Part shown: positions 20,781 to 30,183 of the stretch, piece after piece
Layout: each line of letters starts with the position of its first letter
Numbering within the stretch: the first letter of the stretch is position 1
Assembly (NCBI GenBank): GCA_018830005.1
Contig: JAHJTE010000002.1
Coordinates: 331,809 to 395,808, forward strand
Direction: 5' to 3'
Origin: Candidatus Omnitrophota bacterium
GTDB taxonomy: Bacteria > Omnitrophota > Gorgyraeia > JAHJTE01
Length of the DNA: 64,000 nt
Position numbers and translations under genes: made by a program
The notes under the pieces: generated by a model
Databases searched by the model: none
What the model was told of the DNA's origin: nothing
Seen by the model: the letters and a program-made list of their open reading frames with translations, nothing else

Positions 20781-21688
20781 CTTGACCTTTTATAGCTGGG
20801 GTCTTTTATCAATTGCTTTGCAGCTAGAGCAATTTGTTCAGCGGAAGGAGTGGAATTTCGAGACTCAAAATTAACGCCAATAGATCTATCCTCTAATCCT
20901 AATGCCTTTAGGGGCTTCCCGGTCTCCAACATCAACTGGTAGGCTATAGATTCAGATGCGCCACAAATTTCAAATCCGGCATCGATTACCAGCCCCGCCC
21001 TGCTATTACTTAGTGCTGCTATGATATGTTCCTTCTTAAACGGCTTTAACCATGCAACATGAGCAATATTACAACTAATGCCGTCCTTCTTTAAAATAGC
21101 TGCAGCCTCTTCTACTTCAAAACGAGCTGCTGAAATTGGAATTAATGTTATATCCGCGTCATTATCTGAATTTGTAAACTCTTCGGTGTTCTCAAAACTT
21201 GCTCTATGTTCACTAACGAACATGGGATCATCGTGCTCCATAAAATCATTCCAAGCCTGCTCATATTCAGTTGGTGTCATAGGAGAACAAACCCTCATAC
21301 CTGGCATATGCATAAATACGCTATGCAATACACCCGAATGGACACAACCCGCATCTTCCTGGGCTAATGCCCTTACAAATATAGGCATTAAAATTCCAAA
21401 AATATCTTTTGCCTTAGCAGCGTAATTTACTAACGTACTGCTATTAAGCCACATAAAATCTTGAAAACGAATTACAATAATAGGCCGTCTTCCTGTAATA
21501 CCTGCGCCGCAGGCAATACCCATATTTGATACATCTGACATAGGCAATTCAACCAGATTCTTAGAATTAGGTACTGTTTCGTTAATCCAGCCAACAGCTC
21601 TAATACATTGACCAAGTAGAAGGCCGTTATTTTCCTCAAGGTGCCTGCGAGTAATTTCTTTTATTGTCCCTGCAACTGTTTTCGCCAT
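20777..21688 (-). CDS. 2-oxoacid dehydrogenase E1 beta-like (transketolase pyrimidine-binding/C-terminal) subunit
   Basis: ELPMSD, G.G..GRRPI, HS, MPGMRV.SP.TP, DDPMFVSEHR; coupled to the E1 alpha-like gene. Confidence 0.82.
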   Translation of the reverse strand: MAKTVAGTIKEITRRHLEENNGLLLGQCIRAVGWINETVPNSKNLVELPMSDVSNMGIACGAGITGRRPIIVIRFQDFMWLNSSTLVNYAAKAKDIFGILMPIFVRALAQEDAGCVHSGVLHSVFMHMPGMRVCSPMTPTEYEQAWNDFMEHDDPMFVSEHRASFENTEEFTNSDNDADITLIPISAARFEVEEAAAILKKDGISCNIAHVAWLKPFKKEHIIAALSNSRAGLVIDAGFEICGASESIAYQLMLETGKPLKALGLEDRSIGVNFESRNSTPSAEQIALAAKQLIKDPSYKRSR

Positions 21689-22488
21689 AACTCTCCTACA
21701 TATCTTTTCATCTCATTCTCAATTAGTTTTGCATTAGAGATCTTCTTTTTTACCTCAGACAATCTATCTTGCTTAGGCGATCCATCATTACCTATACCAA
21801 CATGCCAAAGATGTCTACAGGTCTTTATATTAATAAAGGCGGGGAGACATTTAGTTAATTTCTTAATGCTATCAAAAATTATCTCAGGATCATCTACGAT
21901 TGATTCACTGACTAGCCCCATCGCCTTTGTTACGTCTGGAATCTTCCAATTTCTTCTTACCTCAATAGGCGTCAAAATAGACAAGTTGTTATCTTCACAA
22001 ACATACAAAATTGGCAATTTATTCTTTTCCGCAAAACCATAAGAGGATAATACATAATCCTCTTCGGCTGCTGCATCTCCGAAATAAACAACAGTAGGCT
22101 TTCCAGAGGCTAGGCAATAACCTGTAGCTAAAGGGATGTTTTCCCCTATAAGGCCATTATGGCTATACATAGGAATATTCAGATCTTTGATGCAAGGCGA
22201 TCCCCCCCTACCTTCACAACAGCCCGATCTTCTTCCTAATAACTCGTCAATGAGACGCTCGATATCGCCTCCGTACGACAAATAGGTTGAATGACAACGA
22301 TGTTGAGTAAAAACTGCGTAACCTTCTGTAAGAGCAGACATAGTTGCAGAAATTGCTTCTTGGCCTACTGACAAATAAACTACTCCGGGAACAAGGTTCT
22401 TTTTTACAGCTTCAACTACCTGAAACTCAAAATAACGAATAAGGCACATCTTCCTAAATATCTCTTCTAAATTTAGCTTTTTTTCCAT
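21661..22488 (-). CDS. 2-oxoacid dehydrogenase E1 alpha-like ThDP-binding subunit
   Basis: IRYFE, LSVGQEA, HRCH, GRGGS, FGDAA...CEDNN ThDP motif. Confidence 0.85.
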   Translation of the reverse strand: MEKKLNLEEIFRKMCLIRYFEFQVVEAVKKNLVPGVVYLSVGQEAISATMSALTEGYAVFTQHRCHSTYLSYGGDIERLIDELLGRRSGCCEGRGGSPCIKDLNIPMYSHNGLIGENIPLATGYCLASGKPTVVYFGDAAAEEDYVLSSYGFAEKNKLPILYVCEDNNLSILTPIEVRRNWKIPDVTKAMGLVSESIVDDPEIIFDSIKKLTKCLPAFINIKTCRHLWHVGIGNDGSPKQDRLSEVKKKISNAKLIENEMKRYVGELWRKQLQGQ

Positions 22489-23627
22489 TTCTTATATAGG
22501 ATTAAAATATCACCATCTGTTAAAGATCTATTTTTTGCGGCATTATTTTTGCAAAACTTTAGGAATCCTCTCAGCTCTTCCTCTTCTAAATCAAGCTTTA
22601 GCTTTTTTAGTTTTTGCTCTAAGGCGCGCCTACCAGATAATTTTCCAATAACGAGTTGATAACCATCCAGGCCTATGTCTTGTGGATTTAAAAGCTGATA
22701 TGTTCGATTATATTTAATCATGCCATCTTGATGAATCCCTGATTCATGCAGGAATGCATTTGCCCCTACGATTGCCTTATTGGATGCAATTTTTATCCCC
22801 GATAATTCTTCAACTAACTTACTTGTATTTATAATTTCTTTCGTATTTATATAGCTTATATCTTCTTTAAATACATCTTCCCTGGCCTTTAGCGCCATAA
22901 TAACTTCTTCGCAAGCGGCATTTCCAACACGCTCTCCTATCCCATTAATGGTAACCTCTACTTGTCTGGCGCCTGCCTTTATCCCTGCCAAGGTATTTGC
23001 TACCGCCAATCCTAAATCATTGTGACAATGGGTGGAGACAACGATATCTTCTGGTAATTCCTTCGTGATGCTACCAATTAAAAAAGCATATTCTTCAGGA
23101 GTCGCATAACCAACTGTATCGGGCAGCTCAATTGTCAATGCACCTGCTTGCACGCAGGACTTACATACTTGTATAAGATAATCCAATTCGCTGCGAGTTG
23201 AATCCTCCGCAGCAAACTCGACATCTTGCCTAAAGCTCTTTGCATATTGAACCATTTCCACGCAAAGATCCAAAGCCTGCTGAGGAGAGATATTAAATTT
23301 ATGTTTCAAATGTATATCAGAAGTGCCCATTACAACTTGAATACGCCCTTTTTTTGCCTCGCCTAGAGCTTCTGCTGCCACCTCTATATCCTTTTTATGC
23401 GCCCTACACATGGTACTGATGATAATTGAATTTCCGAATTCCTTCGCGACAAGATTTACGCCTTTAGCATCTTGCTCAGAAGCTATAGGAAATCCTGCCT
23501 CAATAATAGGAAGTCCTAGCTTCACCAACTGCTCAGCGATCCTCAGCTTTTCTTCTGGTAAAAAATTTACGCCTGCTGCTTGCTCGCCGTCTCTTAAAGT
23601 AATATCATTTATTAACAAGTCTTTCAT
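22473..23627 (-). CDS. DRE-TIM acetyl-CoA Claisen enzyme, 2-isopropylmalate/homocitrate synthase-like, lacking the C-terminal regulatory domain
   Basis: [46 protein letters not shown]; 384 aa. Confidence 0.85.
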   Translation of the reverse strand: MKDLLINDITLRDGEQAAGVNFLPEEKLRIAEQLVKLGLPIIEAGFPIASEQDAKGVNLVAKEFGNSIIISTMCRAHKKDIEVAAEALGEAKKGRIQVVMGTSDIHLKHKFNISPQQALDLCVEMVQYAKSFRQDVEFAAEDSTRSELDYLIQVCKSCVQAGALTIELPDTVGYATPEEYAFLIGSITKELPEDIVVSTHCHNDLGLAVANTLAGIKAGARQVEVTINGIGERVGNAACEEVIMALKAREDVFKEDISYINTKEIINTSKLVEELSGIKIASNKAIVGANAFLHESGIHQDGMIKYNRTYQLLNPQDIGLDGYQLVIGKLSGRRALEQKLKKLKLDLEEEELRGFLKFCKNNAAKNRSLTDGDILILYKKWKKS

Positions 23628-24813
23628 TTCTCTTCACCACCTTCATATTCTTTGTCTCCATTAATACCTTCTTCATCTTTTCACAAGCCTCTTCAATAAT
23701 TTCAGGCCGCCTCATATAACAAAGTCTTATATAACCCTCCCCATATTCGCCAAAACAAGTTCCAGGAAGCAACACAACATTGCACTTCTCTAAAGCAAAA
23801 TCAGCAAACTGAGTACTGCTCATGCCTGTGCCTTTTATATTTGCAAAAACATAACAGGCGCCTTCCGGAAGACAACAAGAAACTCCCGGAATCTCATTTA
23901 ACTTCTTTACTATTAAATCCCTTAAGGATTTGTACTGCCTAATCCTATCCTCAATAACACTCTGGTCACCCTTTAAGGCACTTACACCCCCATATTGTAT
24001 AAAAGGAGGTGTACAAGAATAAATCGTTTGAAAAAGGCTGCCCATTTTTTCTATGACCTCTTTTGGACCTATTGCATAACCCAGGCGCCATCCAGGCATT
24101 GAATAGTTTTTGGCAAATCCATTTAGGATAATCGTACGCTCTTGACATTTATCAAGAGAGCTAGGGGAAAAATGCTCACCGTCGTAAATAATCTTAGAAT
24201 AAATTTCATCGCTTAAAAGATAGGTATCGTTATCTTTGGCCACTTTAGCAATAGCCTCCATCTCTTCCTTAGTCAGCACTGCGCCTGTGGGATTCTGGGG
24301 TGAATTTACAATTATCAGACGAGTCTTATCGGTAATCCGCTTTTCTATTGCATCGGCTTGTATATGGAATTTACTCTCTTCTTTAATAGGCACGCCAACC
24401 TTCTTTATGCCAGTATAATTCGTCACAGCCAGATAGGTGGAAAAGCCTGGGTCTGGATAAAGCACCTCTTCTCCCGGATTTGCCACGCAGCGCATTACAA
24501 AATCTATGATGCCATTTGCCGGCATAACCACTACTTGATCCAACTCTGGTTTAAAACCCAACGTCTCATGGGCATATTCACAGATGGCTTCCTTTAACTC
24601 AGGGATGCCTGCTGAATCAACATAATGAGTACAGCCATTATCTAAGGCCTCTTTAGTTGCATCTATTATGTGCTGATGAGCCCTAAAATCTGAATCGCCA
24701 ATCTCAAAATGAAAAATTTTCTTTCCAGCCTTCTCCATCTTCCTTATTTTAGCCATAAGCTTAAACATTGGCTGACCGATTAGTCCTTGCGTAATCTTAG
24801 CTAGTTTTTTCAT
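23605..24813 (-). CDS. PLP-dependent aminotransferase class I/II
   Basis: NSPQNPTG, SDEIY, GFAK(PLP Lys)NYSMPGWRLGY, GEGYIR. Confidence 0.9.
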   Translation of the reverse strand: MKKLAKITQGLIGQPMFKLMAKIRKMEKAGKKIFHFEIGDSDFRAHQHIIDATKEALDNGCTHYVDSAGIPELKEAICEYAHETLGFKPELDQVVVMPANGIIDFVMRCVANPGEEVLYPDPGFSTYLAVTNYTGIKKVGVPIKEESKFHIQADAIEKRITDKTRLIIVNSPQNPTGAVLTKEEMEAIAKVAKDNDTYLLSDEIYSKIIYDGEHFSPSSLDKCQERTIILNGFAKNYSMPGWRLGYAIGPKEVIEKMGSLFQTIYSCTPPFIQYGGVSALKGDQSVIEDRIRQYKSLRDLIVKKLNEIPGVSCCLPEGACYVFANIKGTGMSSTQFADFALEKCNVVLLPGTCFGEYGEGYIRLCYMRRPEIIEEACEKMKKVLMETKNMKVVKRNERLVNK

Positions 24814-24858
24814 TACGTTCTCCCTAAATAAAAATTTTCTGTTATTAATTCGCTGTAA

Positions 24859-25569
24859 TTAATGCCAAATGAATACTTCTCTTAAAACTTGAAAAAGATA
24901 AGCTGCTCCCCATTTAAAAACCTGTAATTTTGCTTCTCCGCCGATTCTTTTTGGTTCATCACCGGGGATCTCAGCAACTTTAAGTTTCCTTTTTGCTGCC
25001 CGAACTGACAATATCGGCTCCCAGCCGATTTTAGTCCTAAATAATTTCTCGGGTGTAGAATAAGTAATATCTTTATCTAAATCCAACTCTCTGACTAAAC
25101 TCTTTTTATATATTCGAAAGATATTCATAACATCTGTGTATTTACCGCCGTGTAATAAGTTCATGAGAGTAGTGAACATCCAATTGCCAAAGGCCGTAAC
25201 TGGAGTATCATCATAACTTTTAGCTCCTTTGGCGTAACGAGACGCAATAACCATGTCATAGCCTTCTTTCATCTTCTCGATTAATTTAGGAATAAGTTCA
25301 GGGATACAATTCCCATCCGGACTAAAGGTAATAAGTACCTCACTATTGACAGCTTCAAGGGCATCTATAAATGCATTACGCACGCCTGAACCTAGGTGCT
25401 TTTCAAATATTAAAGTCCAGCCATTCTCTTTAATGTAATCAATTGTCCCATCTGTAGAATAGCCATCAACAAAAACAATCTCATCGACCCACTCTCTTTT
25501 TATTCTGGGCATAATTTGTTTTAGACCATCAATTTCGTTAAGCGTAGGAATAAGTAAAGCTACTTTCAT
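24859..25569 (-). CDS. Glycosyltransferase family 2, polyprenol-phosphate (DPM synthase/ArnC-like) type
   Basis: IPTLNE, VDGYSTDGT, SPDGN, GYDMVIASRY, YTD, EIP..E..RIGGE.K. Confidence 0.88.
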   Translation of the reverse strand: MKVALLIPTLNEIDGLKQIMPRIKREWVDEIVFVDGYSTDGTIDYIKENGWTLIFEKHLGSGVRNAFIDALEAVNSEVLITFSPDGNCIPELIPKLIEKMKEGYDMVIASRYAKGAKSYDDTPVTAFGNWMFTTLMNLLHGGKYTDVMNIFRIYKKSLVRELDLDKDITYSTPEKLFRTKIGWEPILSVRAAKRKLKVAEIPGDEPKRIGGEAKLQVFKWGAAYLFQVLREVFIWH

Positions 25570-25596
25570 TCTTTGACCCCTTTCTAAGAATTAAGA

Positions 25597-26124
25597 TTAA
25601 TCGAACTCACTTCTTTTCCCTAAAATAATGATTTTTAATGCTATTATAATTTTTGAAATCCATAAAACAGTCGGCTTTCCAATATAATATTTACCATCTT
25701 TAAATATTATCTGACCACTGTTAATTAATCTATTCGTTCTCTTTTGGAATATCTCCTTGGCGCTGTATCGATTTAGAAGCTCTCCTAACTTGAGTCCGTC
25801 TCCTGCCTCATATAATTCCCTTAATATTCTTATACGACGTGCTGTCTCGCCTAAATTTATAAAATGAAAATAACAATAACCCAGACAACCGTAGCCTATC
25901 AAATTTATAACAAAAATATCACTAAGGCCTTCTAAGGAAACCTCTGGCCTAAAGGAGATAAAAGAGGTGAAAAATAAGAGATACAAAATGCCAATAACAA
26001 ATCCCAAATAAATTGAGTTCAATAATCCTATTTGTTTAAAATATCTAAAACTAAGTAGTTGTACTAAGACATTTATAATAAGGCAAATAACTGGCATAAA
26101 AACTAGAAAATAATCAAAAGTCAT
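25597..26124 (-). CDS. Hypothetical membrane protein (3 TM plus winged-helix-like C-terminus)
   Basis: Three hydrophobic segments, then RIRILRELYEAGDGL...RTNRLINSGQIIFKDGKYYI. Confidence 0.65.
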   Translation of the reverse strand: MTFDYFLVFMPVICLIINVLVQLLSFRYFKQIGLLNSIYLGFVIGILYLLFFTSFISFRPEVSLEGLSDIFVINLIGYGCLGYCYFHFINLGETARRIRILRELYEAGDGLKLGELLNRYSAKEIFQKRTNRLINSGQIIFKDGKYYIGKPTVLWISKIIIALKIIILGKRSEFD

Positions 26125-26132
26125 CTTATGAT

Positions 26133-26645
26133 CTATCCACCTTTTTCTAATCTGAGTAACTTACGATAAAAAACAAACAGCTTTGCTACTAAGGCTCCTG
26201 TTGCTCTTAACTTGTATTTGCCATTGCCAACGTAGATCATCTTCGCGGTAAGAAGATCATTCAATCTCGGCAATACTAAAACATCGTCATTCATATTTTG
26301 CTGTAACATATTTTCATCCAAGCCATTAGGACCTGCCTCATGGACTTTCATAACCATGACCAGAGAGGGACTATCTACCTCTAATCCTGAATAGGTCACA
26401 ATATAGGCTAATGTCAAAGAAATAAAAAGAATGCAAAGTTTTAGATATCCTAGAGGTAAGACTCTAGCGAAAATATCAGCTTGATTTGAAGATGTCCTCA
26501 AAAACAAAATCCCAACTAGCAAGATAGATAGAAAAATCAAAAACAATACATTAGTTTGATTTTTTGGGATACGAATCTTCCAAATTGCAAGATGAATAAA
26601 AAATGCTATTACAAATAGAACTATGCCATATAATAAAACGCTCAT
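26133..26645 (-). CDS. Hypothetical membrane protein (3 TM plus winged-helix-like C-terminus), paralogue of 25597..26124
   Basis: Three hydrophobic segments, then KVHEAGPNGL...RLNDLLTAKMIYVGNGKYKL. Confidence 0.65.
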   Translation of the reverse strand: MSVLLYGIVLFVIAFFIHLAIWKIRIPKNQTNVLFLIFLSILLVGILFLRTSSNQADIFARVLPLGYLKLCILFISLTLAYIVTYSGLEVDSPSLVMVMKVHEAGPNGLDENMLQQNMNDDVLVLPRLNDLLTAKMIYVGNGKYKLRATGALVAKLFVFYRKLLRLEKGG

Positions 26646-26649
26646 AAAA

Positions 26650-27369
26650 TCAAAACTTCCCTTTAGTTATCGTTGCCTTATTAGCTTCTTTCCAGCTCAT
26701 ATAGAAATCATTTAATTTTTTAAACTCAAAGTAAGTCTGCAATGATGCTCTTGCCTCTGATACGACAAATCCAGAATACCCAGCCCTCCTAATCAAATCC
26801 AACATATATAAACTATGATCTGGCGATTGATGCAAGTGTGTATGCCATAAATCGCTACCAAAGACATAACCGGTCAAATGAATATGGGAGGCATCTTTTA
26901 TAACCGGTAAAAATTCCTCTTCATATACACCGCAACATTCTAACTGTAAATGCTCCACATCCAGACATCTGCCCAACCCAAATCGCCTCATAAATTTCAA
27001 AGGTTCATGCACGCTATGGGTATTTTCAACGCAGAGCTTAGTCTTAATGGGTGTAAAAATCTTTGTTATATCCAGCCATTCATCCTCCCAATAAATATTA
27101 TGAAAGACAACGATTTTTGCGCCGATTGCTTTCACTAACTCTGATAATTTATCTGGAGTTCCTAAGTCATGCGGTGCATGTACAGCATAGCTAAATGAAA
27201 ATCTCCTGCACAAAGCTATGAGGACATCTAGATTCCCTAGCATCTGTCCGTTTAGATAAAGTTCAACTCCACAGATGCCGGCCTTTTCAATATCGGATAA
27301 GATTCTCAGCTCTGGGGCAGACTTTACTGCCAAAACAATATCATTAATTTTATTCATAACTCTAGACAA
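26650..27369 (-). CDS. Xylose isomerase-like TIM-barrel protein (sugar-phosphate isomerase/epimerase family)
   Basis: GVELY, VHAP, VVFH, LCVEN, CLDVEH, HIHL, H.H, VVSE metal-binding pattern. Confidence 0.7.
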   Translation of the reverse strand: MSRVMNKINDIVLAVKSAPELRILSDIEKAGICGVELYLNGQMLGNLDVLIALCRRFSFSYAVHAPHDLGTPDKLSELVKAIGAKIVVFHNIYWEDEWLDITKIFTPIKTKLCVENTHSVHEPLKFMRRFGLGRCLDVEHLQLECCGVYEEEFLPVIKDASHIHLTGYVFGSDLWHTHLHQSPDHSLYMLDLIRRAGYSGFVVSEARASLQTYFEFKKLNDFYMSWKEANKATITKGKF

Positions 27370-27389
27370 ACTACTAAAGCCTTAGATCT

Positions 27390-28157
27390 CTAACCAGATG
27401 AGCGTCTTATTGCCGTCAATGAATCTTTGGCAAAACCTGGTTCGCCTGCCTTATCTTTTTTAAAATAGAAATCTCTCAACAAGCGCAAATAACCACTAGC
27501 AACATGTAGAAGTGAAGGAAAACTAACAGCCTTGGAAATACCGTGTTCCCTTACGTCAAGCCTATATGGGACTTCAGCGAAGAGATAGCCTCGCTTTGCA
27601 GCTCTTATCAGTATGTCTGTCTGAAAGAAAAAGCCATTACTCCTAAATTTGAGCTCTTTTAAAATGGATTTTCTATAAAGTATGGTGCCATTTGTGTAAT
27701 GGAAGTTAACAACAAAAGTAGTATTAATAATAAAACGATAAATGAAAGAGAGAGCATTCCTGAATAAAGATCTTGCGTTTTTGTTAAAGACAAAAGGAAT
27801 AACTATATCTACCTGTTCAAGCAATTTGTAGTAACGCAAAATTTCCAAAGGGTCATTTTCATTATCCCCAGGCATCCAAAGCACAAAATCACCACCTGCC
27901 TTATCCACCCCATCCCAGAACGATGTCCCTACGCCTTTGGGCTTAGAGTGCGAAAGAATTTTAACCTTAGGATTCTTCTCCTTTAATATCTTTACTAAAT
28001 CTTCTGTCTTATCACAACTTCCGTCGTTAACTACAATAATCTCACCCTCAATATTAAAAACCTCAAAGGCCCTCAGGATATTCTCAATAGTTGCGGTGAT
28101 ATTCTTTTCTTCGTTAAGTGCAGTTACAACTACTGATACGCCTTTAACTTTATCCAT
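27390..28157 (-). CDS. Glycosyltransferase family 2, polyprenol-phosphate type
   Basis: ALNEE, VNDGSCDKT, PGDNEN, EVP...R..G.SK. Confidence 0.88.
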   Translation of the reverse strand: MDKVKGVSVVVTALNEEKNITATIENILRAFEVFNIEGEIIVVNDGSCDKTEDLVKILKEKNPKVKILSHSKPKGVGTSFWDGVDKAGGDFVLWMPGDNENDPLEILRYYKLLEQVDIVIPFVFNKNARSLFRNALSFIYRFIINTTFVVNFHYTNGTILYRKSILKELKFRSNGFFFQTDILIRAAKRGYLFAEVPYRLDVREHGISKAVSFPSLLHVASGYLRLLRDFYFKKDKAGEPGFAKDSLTAIRRSSG

Positions 28158-28178
28158 AATTTACTGTTTATCTAACCT

Positions 28179-29270
28179 TTAAACAAAATTAACATGCTCA
28201 GGTGGATTTTTTAACTGCCAAACAAACTCATTTATAGCGTGAGTCCTACAATTTGAGTAACATTTATTAACATCAATTTGTGCAACTTTTTCCACTATCT
28301 TCCAGTATCTATCACTTCTGATTATGTCTTTGAAAGACTCCTTAGTTAAATCACCCATGCGATATTCTTTCTCCATGCTAGTATCCTTATCAAAACACAT
28401 ACCGCAAGGATATATTCTTCCCTCACCGCTTGAATATAACAAAAATGGCACGCCAAGGCATTGTTTATAACCTCTTTCTCCTCTATTTGCGATCTTCCAC
28501 CATTTTATTATCACATTATAGTTCTGCTGACTTTCACTCTCTGCCTCTTTCAGTACTTTTTGGAAATTCTCATATTCAGCAAGTTTACTATATACACCAA
28601 TATCGCTTTCTACTGTATCACTGCACTGTTTTACGACCAAATAATCTACCCCTAATTCCTTACCAAGTTTTGCTAAAGGAACTACCTGATCTACATTTGT
28701 AGGAGTTAAAACCATCTGAAGACCGACAGTGACACCTAATTTCTTTCTTTTTTTAGTCTGGACACAGAATCTTATTTTCTCAACTGCCGTAGAGAATTCC
28801 TTGCTACGATGAACTCTTAGATAAGCTACATCACTAGCAGCGCTGATGTTAAATCTTATCCAACTTAAATGTTCTAATGCCTCCTGGCCTGCTTGGCCTG
28901 TATCAAATAAAATACCATTCGTACCCATAGAGACATCTACGCCAGCTCTTTTAGCCTCTACTATTGCTTCGTAGACATGGGGGTTCAGTAATGGCTCGCC
29001 TTCCCCAATAAGCCCAAGAGACCTGACCCCTGCCTCAGGAGCTTCTCTTACATATCTTAAGAGGGCTTCTCGTGGGAAGAATTTATCAGCACCTTTCTTA
29101 TAAAAATTTCCCTGGAGCACTCCAAAACAGTACTCGCATCTAATATTACAACCTTTGCTTAATCCTACATCTATATGTATGGGAACAATCCTCTTGCCAT
29201 TGAGCCAGTCAGTAACTCTATCCAGGTGCCAATAAAGTTTATGTCCATCCATTATATATTTATCAATCAC
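28179..29270 (-). CDS. Radical SAM protein with Twitch/SPASM auxiliary-cluster domain
   Basis: CNIRCEYC, GEGEPLL, CLGVPF...GRIYPC...CYSNCR; C-terminus PPEHVNFV. Confidence 0.9.
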   Translation of the reverse strand: MIDKYIMDGHKLYWHLDRVTDWLNGKRIVPIHIDVGLSKGCNIRCEYCFGVLQGNFYKKGADKFFPREALLRYVREAPEAGVRSLGLIGEGEPLLNPHVYEAIVEAKRAGVDVSMGTNGILFDTGQAGQEALEHLSWIRFNISAASDVAYLRVHRSKEFSTAVEKIRFCVQTKKRKKLGVTVGLQMVLTPTNVDQVVPLAKLGKELGVDYLVVKQCSDTVESDIGVYSKLAEYENFQKVLKEAESESQQNYNVIIKWWKIANRGERGYKQCLGVPFLLYSSGEGRIYPCGMCFDKDTSMEKEYRMGDLTKESFKDIIRSDRYWKIVEKVAQIDVNKCYSNCRTHAINEFVWQLKNPPEHVNFV

Positions 29271-29283
29271 GATTCAATCTCCG

Positions 29284-30183
29284 TCAAATTTTGGCTTTTA
29301 TCCTATCGCAATATTCTCTTACGGCGTCTTGCCAAGGCCTTAAGCTGGGGATTTTCTCAGATTTCAGCGGTGTATTAGTATTTTTTATACAGGTAAAAGG
29401 GAAATCTTTATAAGATGCCTTCTGAATCTCAGCATCCAATTTAAGACATTTAATAATCTCTTTCATTAATTCAAACAATGATGCCTTGCCTTGGTTAGCT
29501 ATATGATAAAGCCCAAAGGCAGAGCTTGACCTTAGAATACGCAAGATCTCCCCTGCTACATCTCTACTGTATGTTGGCGATGAAATAATATCAGCAGCAA
29601 TCTTTAAAGCCTTTTGCCCTTGTTTTATTCTTTGTAGCATCTTTTCAACGAATTGATTGTCTTTTGTAGTTTCACCAAACAATACAGATACTCTAAAAAT
29701 ATAATATGTCTTCGCTATTGCCTGTATGAGACAATCAGCACCATACTTTGTAAGCCCATATAAATTTAGAGGATGAGGCGCATCACTTTCAACATAATAA
29801 TCCTGTTTTTCATCATTAAAAACAGCATCTGTACTAAAGTGAACCAGCAAAAATCCGTATTCATTTGAAAGTTCAGCTAACGCTTTAGGATATAGGGTAT
29901 TTACTGCCAGGGTATCTTGCGGGTCATCTGCGCAAGGATCAAGGCCTAAGGAGGCGACAGTATTTAAAACTACCTCTGGCTTATTTTCTTTAATAAGTGC
30001 GTGAACCTGTCTTGAGTCTCTTGCATCAAAATCCTTGCTATTTTTCCCGATGACCTCAAAATCATTGTTTGTAAAAACCTCAGTTAAAGCAAGTCCCATT
30101 TTGCCTGTGGAACCAAGCAATAAGACTCTTCCTTTTAAAGGATTAGGAAGGCCTATCCCTGTGGATAATACCCTTTTACTCAT
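29284..30183 (-). CDS. RmlD-like NDP-4-keto-sugar reductase (SDR)
   Basis: GSTGKMG, HFSTDAVF, PLNLYGLTK, SPTY, GLYH.AN.G. Confidence 0.85.
   Translation of the reverse strand: MSKRVLSTGIGLPNPLKGRVLLLGSTGKMGLALTEVFTNNDFEVIGKNSKDFDARDSRQVHALIKENKPEVVLNTVASLGLDPCADDPQDTLAVNTLYPKALAELSNEYGFLLVHFSTDAVFNDEKQDYYVESDAPHPLNLYGLTKYGADCLIQAIAKTYYIFRVSVLFGETTKDNQFVEKMLQRIKQGQKALKIAADIISSPTYSRDVAGEILRILRSSSAFGLYHIANQGKASLFELMKEIIKCLKLDAEIQKASYKDFPFTCIKNTNTPLKSEKIPSLRPWQDAVREYCDRIKAKI

Noticed and set aside
20777-23627. Housekeeping pdhAB and leuA assignments
   Set aside because: No E2/E3 or leuBCD nearby, active-site residues are altered, and the context is a glycan locus, so gene symbols were withheld.
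14998-24813. Phosphonate biosynthesis (FrbC-like synthase, ThDP decarboxylase, B12 methylases)
   Set aside because: No PEP mutase (EDKxxxxxNS motif) in the window. It cannot be excluded elsewhere in the genome, but nothing here supports it.
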